A stretch of 42,765 nt of DNA, from positions 1 to 42,765 of the IMG/VR virus record IMGVR_UViG_3300029615_000175. One strand, given 5' to 3'. Shown one piece after another: positions 11,365 to 19,401 of this stretch; the first letter of the stretch is position 1; the number at the start of each line of letters is the position of its first letter. Under the pieces are notes generated by a model. The model searched no databases. It was not told the DNA's origin and saw only the letters and a program-made list of their open reading frames with translations. This DNA comes from a virus. The position numbers were made by a program, and so were the translations under genes.

Positions 11365-11533
11365 AGTAATATTAATAATTTTATTATGTGTTTGTGTCTT
11401 TGAAGCTGGAGTGATGCAAGGGGAGAAAGATACACTAGAAAGAGTAAAAGATTATATAAAGACATCAAAGAATTGGGATGAATTTATGGAAAAAATATCA
11501 ATAGAATTTTTGCAATACAATTTCAAGGAGTAG
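11357..11533 (+). CDS. Small secreted/membrane protein, 58 aa (not in ORF track)
   Basis: MFKVILIILLCVCVFEAGVMQGEKDTLERVKDYIKTSKNWDEFMEKISIEFLQYNFKE. Confidence 0.5.
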   Translation: MFKVILIILLCVCVFEAGVMQGEKDTLERVKDYIKTSKNWDEFMEKISIEFLQYNFKE

Positions 11534-11536
11534 AAA

Positions 11537-11693
11537 ATGATATATAAATATCCAAAGTTAAAAGGCGAATGTATAAAATGCGGTCGGCTGTATGAGATTA
11601 GAAGATATTAACTTTGTTGGAGTAGAAGAATGCGAATATTCAGAAAAGCCGACCAAGAAAAATATAGATTTAGGAGAGCAAATTAAAATATGA
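11537..11693 (+). CDS. Small Cys-rich zinc-finger phage protein, requires +1 shift at CGG 11585-11587 (51 aa)
   Basis: MIYKYPKLKGECIKCG then zero frame RLYEIRRY*; skipping C11585 gives GCMRLEDINFVGVEECEYSEKPTKKNIDLGEQIKI*, completing a C-x2-C-x2-C...C pattern. Stop 11691-11693 overlaps rusA ATG 11690. Confidence 0.8.
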
Positions 11694-12043
11694 ATAAAGT
11701 TGAAATACCATTTAGGCTGCCGAGTCTAAATCAATACATAAATGAGTGCAGGAAGAATAGATTTGCTGGAGCTAAGATGAAGAAAACAGTAGATAGTGAC
11801 ATTGCATATTATATAAATCAACTACCGAAATATGACAGACCGGTTAAAATACATTTTATATGGGTAGAGGAGAACAAAAGAAGAGATTTAGACAATGTAT
11901 GTTTTGCTAAAAAGTTTATATTAGATTCAATGGTTAAGGCAGGTAAATTAAAAGATGATAATAGAAACTATGTTGTAGGTTTTGAAGATAGTTTCAAATA
12001 TGACAAAGAAAGTAAAGTTATATTGGAGGTAAAAGAAATATGA
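11690..12043 (+). CDS. rusA: RusA family crossover junction endodeoxyribonuclease
   Basis: LPSLNQYI...RRDLDNVCFAKKFILDSMVKAGKLKDDN. Confidence 0.9.
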   Translation: MNKVEIPFRLPSLNQYINECRKNRFAGAKMKKTVDSDIAYYINQLPKYDRPVKIHFIWVEENKRRDLDNVCFAKKFILDSMVKAGKLKDDNRNYVVGFEDSFKYDKESKVILEVKEI

Positions 12044-12252
12044 GTGATTTAACAGATGAGGAGATAATAGCGACACGAAAATTACACGGATTAAATGATG
12101 ATCTATTTAAGATAGAGAAAAAAATAAATAAACAAGAAAAAGAGTTAAATGATTTAGATGAGTTTGCAGACTTGTTGAGACCAGAACAGAGATATTATAC
12201 AAACATAATTAAAAAGTTAGTAGAAAATGCTAGAAATGGAGGTAAACAATGA
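12040..12252 (+). CDS. Hypothetical phage protein
   Basis: ATGA-coupled ORF. Confidence 0.6.
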   Translation: MSDLTDEEIIATRKLHGLNDDLFKIEKKINKQEKELNDLDEFADLLRPEQRYYTNIIKKLVENARNGGKQ

Positions 12253-12539
12253 TAATAGTAAGTCAAGGAAAAGATGAATTAGTGAATTTCGACAGAATAG
12301 AAAGCATATGGATAGATGTAGAAGAAGGTAGAGTTACAATTGAGGCAACAGCTGATACAAATTCTACATTAGGAACATACTCAACAGAAGAAAGAGCAAA
12401 AGAAGTATTACAAGAAATAATAAGTAAATATTCAAGTTATTTAGAATTACAAGGCGGACCAGCAATAATGCAAGGAGGCATGGATGTACAACCAAACATA
12501 TTTAATATACCAAAAGTATATGAAATGCCGAAAGAATAA
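12249..12539 (+). CDS. Hypothetical phage protein
   Basis: ATGA-coupled ORF. Confidence 0.6.
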   Translation: MIIVSQGKDELVNFDRIESIWIDVEEGRVTIEATADTNSTLGTYSTEERAKEVLQEIISKYSSYLELQGGPAIMQGGMDVQPNIFNIPKVYEMPKE

Positions 12540-12549
12540 GGAGGTTTAT

Positions 12550-12891
12550 ATGGAAGATAAAATTGAAGTAAATGAATATGTAAGAACTAGAGCAGGGCAT
12601 ATTTATAAAATAACTAATATAGATGAAAACGGGCTTATTTATTGGAATAAAATACAATGTGGATGGAGTGAGCAACAATTAGAAGATATTATAGCAAAAC
12701 ATAGTAAACAACTAATAGAGTTAATAGAAGTTGGAGATATAGTAGAAATAAGGAGAGGATTATATAGTAGTTTTAAGTATTTTGTAGAGAATGAAGATAA
12801 CTTATTGCTTTTAGAAGATTGGTATATAGAAACAATACTAACAAGAGAAAGTTATATGGCTAATTGCTATAAAGTAGGAGGTAGAGAATAA
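12550..12891 (+). CDS. Hypothetical phage protein
   Basis: aaggaggtttat RBS before ATG 12550. Confidence 0.6.
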   Translation: MEDKIEVNEYVRTRAGHIYKITNIDENGLIYWNKIQCGWSEQQLEDIIAKHSKQLIELIEVGDIVEIRRGLYSSFKYFVENEDNLLLLEDWYIETILTRESYMANCYKVGGRE

Positions 12892-13259
12892 TGAATTTAA
12901 AAGAGGCTATTAAAATACACAATGAATTATGCAACAAAGAAGAAATTAAAAAGTATTGTGAAGCACTGCATATAGTATGTGAAAAAATGCAAAATTGCAA
13001 ACCTAAAAAAGAATATTATAAGTCATCTATAATTAATGATTATTATATAGAACTTCCTTATATGGAATTAACAATAAGTAATGGAAAAGCTGTTTATAGA
13101 AGGCATGAATATAGTTGTTCAAGTAAATCTAAAGATAAAAAAACAGGGAGTAATTATTGTTTGAGTTTTTGTAGATATAATAGAGAGGAAATAGAAAAAT
13201 TTATAGAAAGAGAAATAGCGAATGATAATTTAAAAGTAGGAGGAGAAGATGAGCGTTAA
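12891..13259 (+). CDS. Hypothetical phage protein
   Basis: Coupled ORF. Confidence 0.6.
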   Translation: MNLKEAIKIHNELCNKEEIKKYCEALHIVCEKMQNCKPKKEYYKSSIINDYYIELPYMELTISNGKAVYRRHEYSCSSKSKDKKTGSNYCLSFCRYNREEIEKFIEREIANDNLKVGGEDER

Positions 13260-13548
13260 AGGAAAAGTAAAAAAATTAAATAAAGAACTTATAAAATTAA
13301 GAGATGATTTAGAAACAGAAAGATTATCAAATAGAAGATTAAGAAAAAAATTAGATAAACAAATCGAATCTAGTGTTTATACTAGGCAATTAGAAAATAT
13401 AGTAAAGTTTGCAATAACTAATCATATAGGAAATTTAAGAGGTGGAATGCAAATAGAAAGATATGGAATAGATAAAATGCAAGATTTAAGACTAAGTATA
13501 GATTATCAGCCAGAATTTAACAGTTATATAATTAGAGTTAATTATTAG
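13249..13548 (+). CDS. Hypothetical phage protein
   Basis: Coupled ORF. Confidence 0.6.
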   Translation: MSVKGKVKKLNKELIKLRDDLETERLSNRRLRKKLDKQIESSVYTRQLENIVKFAITNHIGNLRGGMQIERYGIDKMQDLRLSIDYQPEFNSYIIRVNY

Positions 13549-13561
13549 GAGGAGAATAGAT

Positions 13562-13777
13562 ATGTGTGAATACTGCGAAAAAATAATAAATAATAAAAAA
13601 ATATTAGATATAGACAATGAAGAAGAAACGCATATGGAAATTATTAATCAAAAAAAGTCTTGGAGATATATGTTATATGCTGAAATAGAAGGACAAGACA
13701 ATGATGGATATAAGCCAAGTCAGTTTTTTCAAATAAATTATTGCCCGATGTGTGGCAGAAAATTGGTAAAGGAGTAA
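13562..13777 (+). CDS. Hypothetical zinc-ribbon protein
   Basis: MCEYCEKII...INYCPMCGRKLVKE. Confidence 0.7.
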   Translation: MCEYCEKIINNKKILDIDNEEETHMEIINQKKSWRYMLYAEIEGQDNDGYKPSQFFQINYCPMCGRKLVKE

Positions 13778-13784
13778 ATAAGAT

Positions 13785-14360
13785 ATGAGTAATATAGAAA
13801 AATATATAAAACATTTTAAAACCATAACAAAGCACAAATTTTATGTTATGAAATTTTGCTTTAAATGTGGAAAATATAAAAGAGGATTAATGCATGATTT
13901 GAGCAAGTATGGAATAACTGAATTTTTTAGCAGTGCAAAATATTTTCAAGGAACAAGTAGTCCAATTGATGCAGAAAAGAAAGAAAAAGGATATAGTTTA
14001 GCATGGCAACATCATAAAGGACATAACCCACATCATTGGGAATATTGGATTGATAACATAGGCACTTATAAAAATACACCTTGTAAAATTCCGTATGATT
14101 ATGTAATTGAGATGATATGTGATTGGTTAGGAGCTGGAATAGTATATTCAAAGCATAAAGTGGATTATGACAAGGCATATAGTGAACCATTAAAATATTA
14201 TAATAAGTGTAAAAAAGAAAGAATATTTCATCCAGAAACTCAAAAATTAATAGAATATTATTTAAACATAATTGAAACAGACGGAATAAATGCTTTTTGC
14301 AAAAATGTAAGAAGAAAAGGTTATGTTTATGCTGATTACATAGGCGAAACAATTAATTGA
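13785..14360 (+). CDS. DUF5662-like phage protein
   Basis: HKFYVMKFCFKCGKYKRGLMHDLSKYGITEFFSSAKYFQG...AWQHHKGHNPHHWEYW. Confidence 0.75.
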   Translation: MSNIEKYIKHFKTITKHKFYVMKFCFKCGKYKRGLMHDLSKYGITEFFSSAKYFQGTSSPIDAEKKEKGYSLAWQHHKGHNPHHWEYWIDNIGTYKNTPCKIPYDYVIEMICDWLGAGIVYSKHKVDYDKAYSEPLKYYNKCKKERIFHPETQKLIEYYLNIIETDGINAFCKNVRRKGYVYADYIGETIN

Positions 14361-14377
14361 GAGAGGAGTAATACATA

Positions 14378-14641
14378 ATGAAAGAAAAAACAGCAGATGC
14401 GATGCTTGAAGAATTAGGATATACAAAAATATATTGTGAAGATGGATTTTTTTACTACAAAGCAAAGAATAATAAAACAATATTATTTAATCTTAAAAAC
14501 AAAAAATGGTCAGTTTATGATTTTGACACAGCAGAGCAAAGAGGATATGGAAATAAAGAGCTTGAAGCAATATTGCTCCAAGAATATGAATTAGGATGGC
14601 TTAATTGGAAAAACTATAAATTGGAATTAAATAACATTTAG
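14378..14641 (+). CDS. Hypothetical phage protein
   Basis: ORF. Confidence 0.6.
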   Translation: MKEKTADAMLEELGYTKIYCEDGFFYYKAKNNKTILFNLKNKKWSVYDFDTAEQRGYGNKELEAILLQEYELGWLNWKNYKLELNNI

Positions 14642-14653
14642 GAGGTGTTTTAA

Positions 14654-14932
14654 GTGAAAGAAAATAGTATAGAAGAAGATATAAAAATAGTTGAAAATTA
14701 TTTAGCAAATAGTGCTATAAATGAAATAGACAGCAATTTTTTTAAAAATAGTGGTTGGGAAACAGTAGATTTAGAAATACCAAAATCTATGCAACATATT
14801 TTATCAGATTATAAAAGAGTATTAAAAGAGAATGAATTGTTAAGACAACAAAATATATCATATAAAAATAATATTCATGAATTAAAGGAAGTGAGAAATA
14901 AAAATGAACGAGGCAGAAAGGAAAGCAATTGA
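14654..14932 (+). CDS. Hypothetical phage protein
   Basis: ORF. Confidence 0.55.
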   Translation: MKENSIEEDIKIVENYLANSAINEIDSNFFKNSGWETVDLEIPKSMQHILSDYKRVLKENELLRQQNISYKNNIHELKEVRNKNERGRKESN

Positions 14933-15485
14933 AATATTAAATACATTTGAGTTAAGAAGAAAGACAAAAAATTATAAAGAAATATCATTAGAAGATTCAC
15001 AAAGTGTAAAAATAGTATTAAATCTAGTAGAAAAACTACAAAAAGAGAATGAAGAATTAAGCCGTGAAAATAGAAAATTACGAACTATAAGATACGATAC
15101 GGCTTATGGAGTAGAAAATATATATTTAATAACTAAAAGAGATTTAGTAGAAATAAATACAAATAAATATTTTATAGAGATACAAGATGGAAAATTTGTG
15201 GATTTAAAACAAGTATATCAAGAGAATGAAGAATTAAAAGCTGATAATTACGAATTGAATAACAGAATAAATGATTTATTAGATAATATTTCAGTTCAAA
15301 AAGTAAAAGACAAGATAGAAGAAGAAATAAAATATCATGAGAAAAATATATTAGATATAGAAAATATAACTATGTTAAAGGGTAAAACAGCGAAAGAAGA
15401 AGCGGAAATTGAGTTCAATAAATATGTAATAGTAGTTTTAAAAAAGATTTTACAAGAACTAATAGAAGAAAGGAAGGTAAAATAA
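14904..15485 (+). CDS. Hypothetical coiled-coil phage protein
   Basis: ORF. Confidence 0.6.
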   Translation: MNEAERKAIEILNTFELRRKTKNYKEISLEDSQSVKIVLNLVEKLQKENEELSRENRKLRTIRYDTAYGVENIYLITKRDLVEINTNKYFIEIQDGKFVDLKQVYQENEELKADNYELNNRINDLLDNISVQKVKDKIEEEIKYHEKNILDIENITMLKGKTAKEEAEIEFNKYVIVVLKKILQELIEERKVK

Positions 15486-15487
15486 AA

Positions 15488-15988
15488 ATGATAGTTTTAA
15501 CTATATTTATAGAAATAGTAATATTAATTTTAATAGGATTATGTTGGAATAAAGCAGAAGAAAATTGTGGTGGTTTTGGAGTATTAGGAGTGTTTGTTTT
15601 CGGAACAATGTTGTTTGCAATCCCAATAATCATTGGATACACACATGGATATATAAATTACATAGAAAGCAATGATAGAGATAAAGCAAGAATAACAGCA
15701 GTAACACAAGAACAAGATCTATTTAAAGCATATTACAAAGTAGAGGTTGAGTATTTAACCAATACTCCTACACAAAATGGTATTGTTACAAATTATAATA
15801 TTGAAAAAGATACTTTTTATTGTTACATAACAGATAAGGAGTTAATAGAAAAATTAAAAGACAATATGTATAAAGAACTTTGGATAATATCAGGCCATAA
15901 AGGTGGATATGAAACTTATAAAGATTTTGGTACAAAATTAATAAAAGACATAGAATTAATAGAAGAAAGAGAGGAAAAAGTAGAATAG
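15488..15988 (+). CDS. Membrane protein, hypothetical
   Basis: Two hydrophobic helices at the N-terminus. Confidence 0.6.
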   Translation: MIVLTIFIEIVILILIGLCWNKAEENCGGFGVLGVFVFGTMLFAIPIIIGYTHGYINYIESNDRDKARITAVTQEQDLFKAYYKVEVEYLTNTPTQNGIVTNYNIEKDTFYCYITDKELIEKLKDNMYKELWIISGHKGGYETYKDFGTKLIKDIELIEEREEKVE

Positions 15989-16005
15989 AAGAGGAGGATT
16001 AATTT

Positions 16006-16452
16006 ATGACAAAAGAACAAGTACAACAAGTATTAGATGAATTACAAGGTGTAAGACCAGAAATGCTAAATGGTGAAGCAAAAAGATTATTTGAAGCAAT
16101 AATGAAGATTGCAGACGAGAGAGATAAGATAGAACAAGAATATGATAGAGATACACATATATTACAAAATCAATTAGATTTAGCTAATGCGGAAAATATA
16201 AAAAAAGACAAGCAAATAGAAAGATATCAAAATATATTAGCAACAAATGATATGCTACATATAAAAGAAAGTCAAGAAAAAGACAAAGTAATTGATTTAA
16301 TGTCAGAATTTTTAAATAAAAGGAGTTGGAGAGAACATCAACTCAAAGAGGATACATGTTATTGTTGTAATGTGGACTATGGAGCAGATGATTGCAAAGA
16401 CTGTATCAAACAATATTTTGAAAATAAAGCAAAAGAATTATTAAACAAATAA
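16006..16452 (+). CDS. Hypothetical coiled-coil protein with Cys cluster
   Basis: CYCCNVDYGADDCKDC. Confidence 0.6.
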   Translation: MTKEQVQQVLDELQGVRPEMLNGEAKRLFEAIMKIADERDKIEQEYDRDTHILQNQLDLANAENIKKDKQIERYQNILATNDMLHIKESQEKDKVIDLMSEFLNKRSWREHQLKEDTCYCCNVDYGADDCKDCIKQYFENKAKELLNK

Positions 16453-16483
16453 AAGAGCATACTACACACAAGAGGTGTAGTAA

Positions 16484-16690
16484 GTGACAGATAAAGAGAT
16501 AATAGAGAAGTGGAAAGCAGGATTAAGTAAAAATAAATTAGCAGAAATATATAGAAGAGAATACAATCAGCAAATAAAGATAATAAGAAGCACAGTAAGA
16601 CACAGACACGATGGAATATTTATAAGTAATTACGAAGCATTAGCAAAAGTAGAAAGGGTAATATATAGATACTTGAAAGAAATGAAGTGA
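16484..16690 (+). CDS. Small HTH-like phage protein, GTG start
   Basis: ORF. Confidence 0.5.
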   Translation: MTDKEIIEKWKAGLSKNKLAEIYRREYNQQIKIIRSTVRHRHDGIFISNYEALAKVERVIYRYLKEMK

Positions 16691-16884
16691 TACAAATGAA
16701 AACACCAAAAATAATAAGCAAGAATGGACATAAGTACATCTTTGTAAAAGAATATCCTAATTTCGTGTTATACAAAGACATGACAACAGGAGTAAAGGAA
16801 ACATTTAAAAGATACGATCTAGGATTAATAAAACCAGTAATAGTAACACCAAGACTGAGGAAAAATATGAATATGAAACCATAG
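16687..16884 (+). CDS. Hypothetical phage protein
   Basis: ORF. Confidence 0.45.
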   Translation: MIQMKTPKIISKNGHKYIFVKEYPNFVLYKDMTTGVKETFKRYDLGLIKPVIVTPRLRKNMNMKP

Positions 16885-16902
16885 GAGATGATATTACAAA
16901 TG

Positions 16903-17085
16903 AATATATATGGAATATACAATGAAAAAGAAGCTGAGCAATGTATGAGAGTTGGAACATTGCCAGAAATAGTCACATTTTTAAATTTATCAGCAAGAGA
17001 AGTAGGACGAGCATTAAATAAAAACAACCTTGTGAAACATAAATATAGAATATATTATTTATTCAAGGAGGATACAGATGAGTAA
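16903..17085 (+). CDS. Hypothetical HTH-like protein
   Basis: PEIVTFLNLSAREVGRALNKNN. Confidence 0.5.
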   Translation, partial: NIYGIYNEKEAEQCMRVGTLPEIVTFLNLSAREVGRALNKNNLVKHKYRIYYLFKEDTDE

Positions 17086-17629
17086 ATACATAAAAGAAGA
17101 TTTAGAAAAAATGTTAAGAGAACATACAAAGAACCAGGCTAAACTTACGGAAGTTGAGCTAAAAAAAGAAGCATACGAAAAAAGACTAGAATATGCGGGA
17201 AGTGTCAATGAAGAAACTGATAAAGAAATAATAGAAAGTATGCAGCTGTCTGGACAAGCATATGACAGCATACATAGTAATACAAATAAAATATCAGACA
17301 CAACAGCTAATACAGCAATGAGATATCAAAAAGAAATGCATCATGTAAACATAGAAGATAGAGCTTATTTAGAAAGAAAGATATCAGAGTTAACAGAAAT
17401 TAAAGACGAATTAGACAAGAAAATTGTAAGAGTGAAAAACTTATTGCAACAATTATCAGCAGAAGAAGAGTTTATTATAAAAATATATTATATGCAAAAG
17501 TCAAAATGGGATTATGTATCACAACAGTATTGTGTTGAGTTTCAGAAACCAAAATCAATAAATCAATTATTAAATATAAGAGATTCTGCAATAAAAAGTA
17601 TGCTAGAAGTTTTAAATATTGGAGAATGA
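17078..17629 (+). CDS. Putative late transcription regulator (ArpU / sigma region 4-like)
   Basis: C-terminal EEEFIIKIYYMQKSKWDYVSQQYCVEFQKPKSINQLLNIRDSAIKSMLEVL; position just upstream of the packaging genes. Confidence 0.5.
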   Translation: MSKYIKEDLEKMLREHTKNQAKLTEVELKKEAYEKRLEYAGSVNEETDKEIIESMQLSGQAYDSIHSNTNKISDTTANTAMRYQKEMHHVNIEDRAYLERKISELTEIKDELDKKIVRVKNLLQQLSAEEEFIIKIYYMQKSKWDYVSQQYCVEFQKPKSINQLLNIRDSAIKSMLEVLNIGE

Positions 17630-17704
17630 AAAATTGTGATAAAATTGTGATAAAATTTGGATGCAATTTTGATTCTAAGGTATTATAATTATAATAGATA
17701 AATT

Positions 17705-17812
17705 ATAAAGAGTCGCAGATATGAAAAATATCTCAAAGACCAGGCGACTAAAGTATTTGCTAAGGCAAATTGTTTGTTTGTGTAAGAGTAGACGTTTTAA
17801 ATGTTTGCTCTT
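17705..17812 (+). ncRNA. Candidate structured RNA / leader element upstream of the Acb2-like gene
   Basis: AGTCGC(17711-16)/GCGACT(17744-49) enclosing AGATAT-GAAAA-ATATCT(17717-33); ATTTGC-TAAG-GCAAAT(17755-70); AAGAGTAGACG-TTTTAAA-TGTTTGCTCTT(17784-17812). Confidence 0.55.
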
Positions 17813-17838
17813 TTATTATTTTTGAAAGGATGAATATA

Positions 17839-18030
17839 ATGAATGATAAAGCAAAGTATTTAGAAGTTAATGAAGAAAAACAACAAAAAATTGATAATAT
17901 TAGAGAAATGTTCTCAAAAATGTATGATTTTATTGAAGAAAATTGTAAAAGTTCAAGGGAAACAAGTTTGACAATTACTAAATTAGAAGAGGCACAATTT
18001 TGGGCAATAAAAGGAATTACAAGAAATTAG
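17839..18030 (+). CDS. Acb2/Tad1 hairpin-domain-like protein (putative cyclic nucleotide sponge), 63 aa
   Basis: MNDKAKYLEVNEEKQQKIDNIREMFSKMYDFIEENCKSSRETSLTITKLEEAQFWAIKGITRN; C-terminal SRExSLxxTKLEEAxxWAxxxIxRN pattern recalled from the Acb2 family; GAAAGGATG RBS. Confidence 0.75.
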   Translation: MNDKAKYLEVNEEKQQKIDNIREMFSKMYDFIEENCKSSRETSLTITKLEEAQFWAIKGITRN

Positions 18031-18100
18031 GTATTAACAGATACTAGATATGTTGATATAAATAATGTATTCATGTATAAGCCTTGAATTTCGATTTGTA

Positions 18101-18262
18101 TAGAGCTTTTCTAGTGAGCTCTAATTTTATATTTGTAAGTTGTGCGTAGTGATATAAAAAATATGTTTAGGTTTTAACGCAGGTAATACTACGGTTTTAT
18201 TGGTAACTATAAAAAACTTAACCACGAAGGAGAACATAGCTCCTGTATCACTACACAGAGCT
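18101..18262 (+). ncRNA. Candidate structured RNA with switch-like pairing (right-end coordinates +/-1)
   Basis: TAGAGCT(18101-07)/AGCTCTA(18117-23); GTAGTGATA(18146-54)/TATCACTAC(~18246-54); TTAGGTTTT(18167-75)/AAAACTTAA(~18212-20); AGGAG-loop-CTCCT(~18227-43); AGCTCT can alternatively pair with a downstream AGAGCT (~18257-62). Confidence 0.55.
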
Positions 18263-18372
18263 TATAAAGAAAGAGAAACATATGAATTTAAAATATTGTA
18301 TGAAGAACAGATGCAATGGTTGTAAAAACTATGGAATCTGTTTTAATTATAAACCAAAAAGGAGAAAGAAAA

Positions 18373-18723
18373 ATGAAATTCAAAATAAACAACAGAGAAT
18401 GGACAATAACAGAAGTATCTCAACAGGCAATAAAGAATATGCAGAATATAAGAAAAGCTAATGAAGAAGAGAATTTAAAATCAATAGATATGAGATATTA
18501 TGGAATTACATATTGTGACACTTTGAAAATATATATTGATGAAGATTTACCAGAAGCAAGAAAAAAATCAACATTAATTCATGAACTAACACATTGCTAT
18601 ATAGATAGTTATATAACTCATAGCGAGCAAGAATATTCAGAAGAAGATGTTGCTGATATAGTATCAAATTCTTATGATATTATTCATGAAATAGTAGATA
18701 AGTATTTTGAGGTAAAACAATGA
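18373..18723 (+). CDS. ImmA/IrrE-like or phage HExxH metallopeptidase
   Basis: STLIHELTHCYIDSYITHSEQEYSEEDVADIVSNSYD. Confidence 0.7.
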   Translation: MKFKINNREWTITEVSQQAIKNMQNIRKANEEENLKSIDMRYYGITYCDTLKIYIDEDLPEARKKSTLIHELTHCYIDSYITHSEQEYSEEDVADIVSNSYDIIHEIVDKYFEVKQ

Positions 18724-19001
18724 ATGTAAATAAAAATATAGACAAATTATTATATGCATTGTCTACAAAAGGGCAGATATATAAAATAAACAGTTTTCAA
18801 TTTTATAGTGAAAAGAATTGTAAGTACTGTACTAAATACCAAATATTGAAAAGAGAAAAGGTAGAAATATATAATGAAGAAAATGATGAATTTGAATTAC
18901 GAGACAGATATCAGCAGAAAGAAGAATGTTATAGTAAACTAGATGTAATGAAATATTTAGTAAAAGAACATAGAAAAGGAAGTGAGGCAGATGGAAGATG
19001 A
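18720..19001 (+). CDS. Hypothetical phage protein
   Basis: ORF. Confidence 0.55.
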   Translation: MNVNKNIDKLLYALSTKGQIYKINSFQFYSEKNCKYCTKYQILKREKVEIYNEENDEFELRDRYQQKEECYSKLDVMKYLVKEHRKGSEADGR

Positions 19002-19401
19002 GAACATAGAAAAGCAATATAATTCATTAACAGAGATGCAAAAGAGATTTATTGATTACTATATAGAAACTGCAAATGCAACAGAAGCCTGTAAAAAAGC
19101 TGGATATAAAGGTAAAAATCTTAATAGGATAGGTTCACAAAACTTGTCAAAACTAGACAAATTTATACAAATAAAACTTCAAGAAAAAGAAGATAAGAGA
19201 ATAGCCTCACAAGACGAAGTACTACAATACTTAACAAAAGTAATGAGAGGAGAAGAAAAAGACCAATTTGGATTGGATGCTTCATTACAGGATAGAACTA
19301 AATGTGCAGAATTGCTTGGAAAGAGATATGGTACATTTAAAGAAAAGGTTGAAGTAAATGGAAATATACCAGTGGTGATAACTGATGATATTACAGAATA
19401 A
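18991..19401 (+). CDS. terS: Phage terminase small subunit
   Basis: LTEMQKRFIDYYIETANATEACKKAGYKGKNLNRIGSQNLSK...LDASLQDRTKCAELLGKRYGTFKEKVEV. Confidence 0.88.
   Translation: MEDENIEKQYNSLTEMQKRFIDYYIETANATEACKKAGYKGKNLNRIGSQNLSKLDKFIQIKLQEKEDKRIASQDEVLQYLTKVMRGEEKDQFGLDASLQDRTKCAELLGKRYGTFKEKVEVNGNIPVVITDDITE

Noticed and set aside
12484-12549. Upstream extension of ORF 12484-12891
   Set aside because: It overlaps the end of the preceding gene; the strong RBS aaggagg is before ATG 12550.
17629-17658. Tandem AAAATTGTGAT repeats after the ArpU-like gene
   Set aside because: Only two short copies in AT-rich DNA; could be an operator but evidence is weak.
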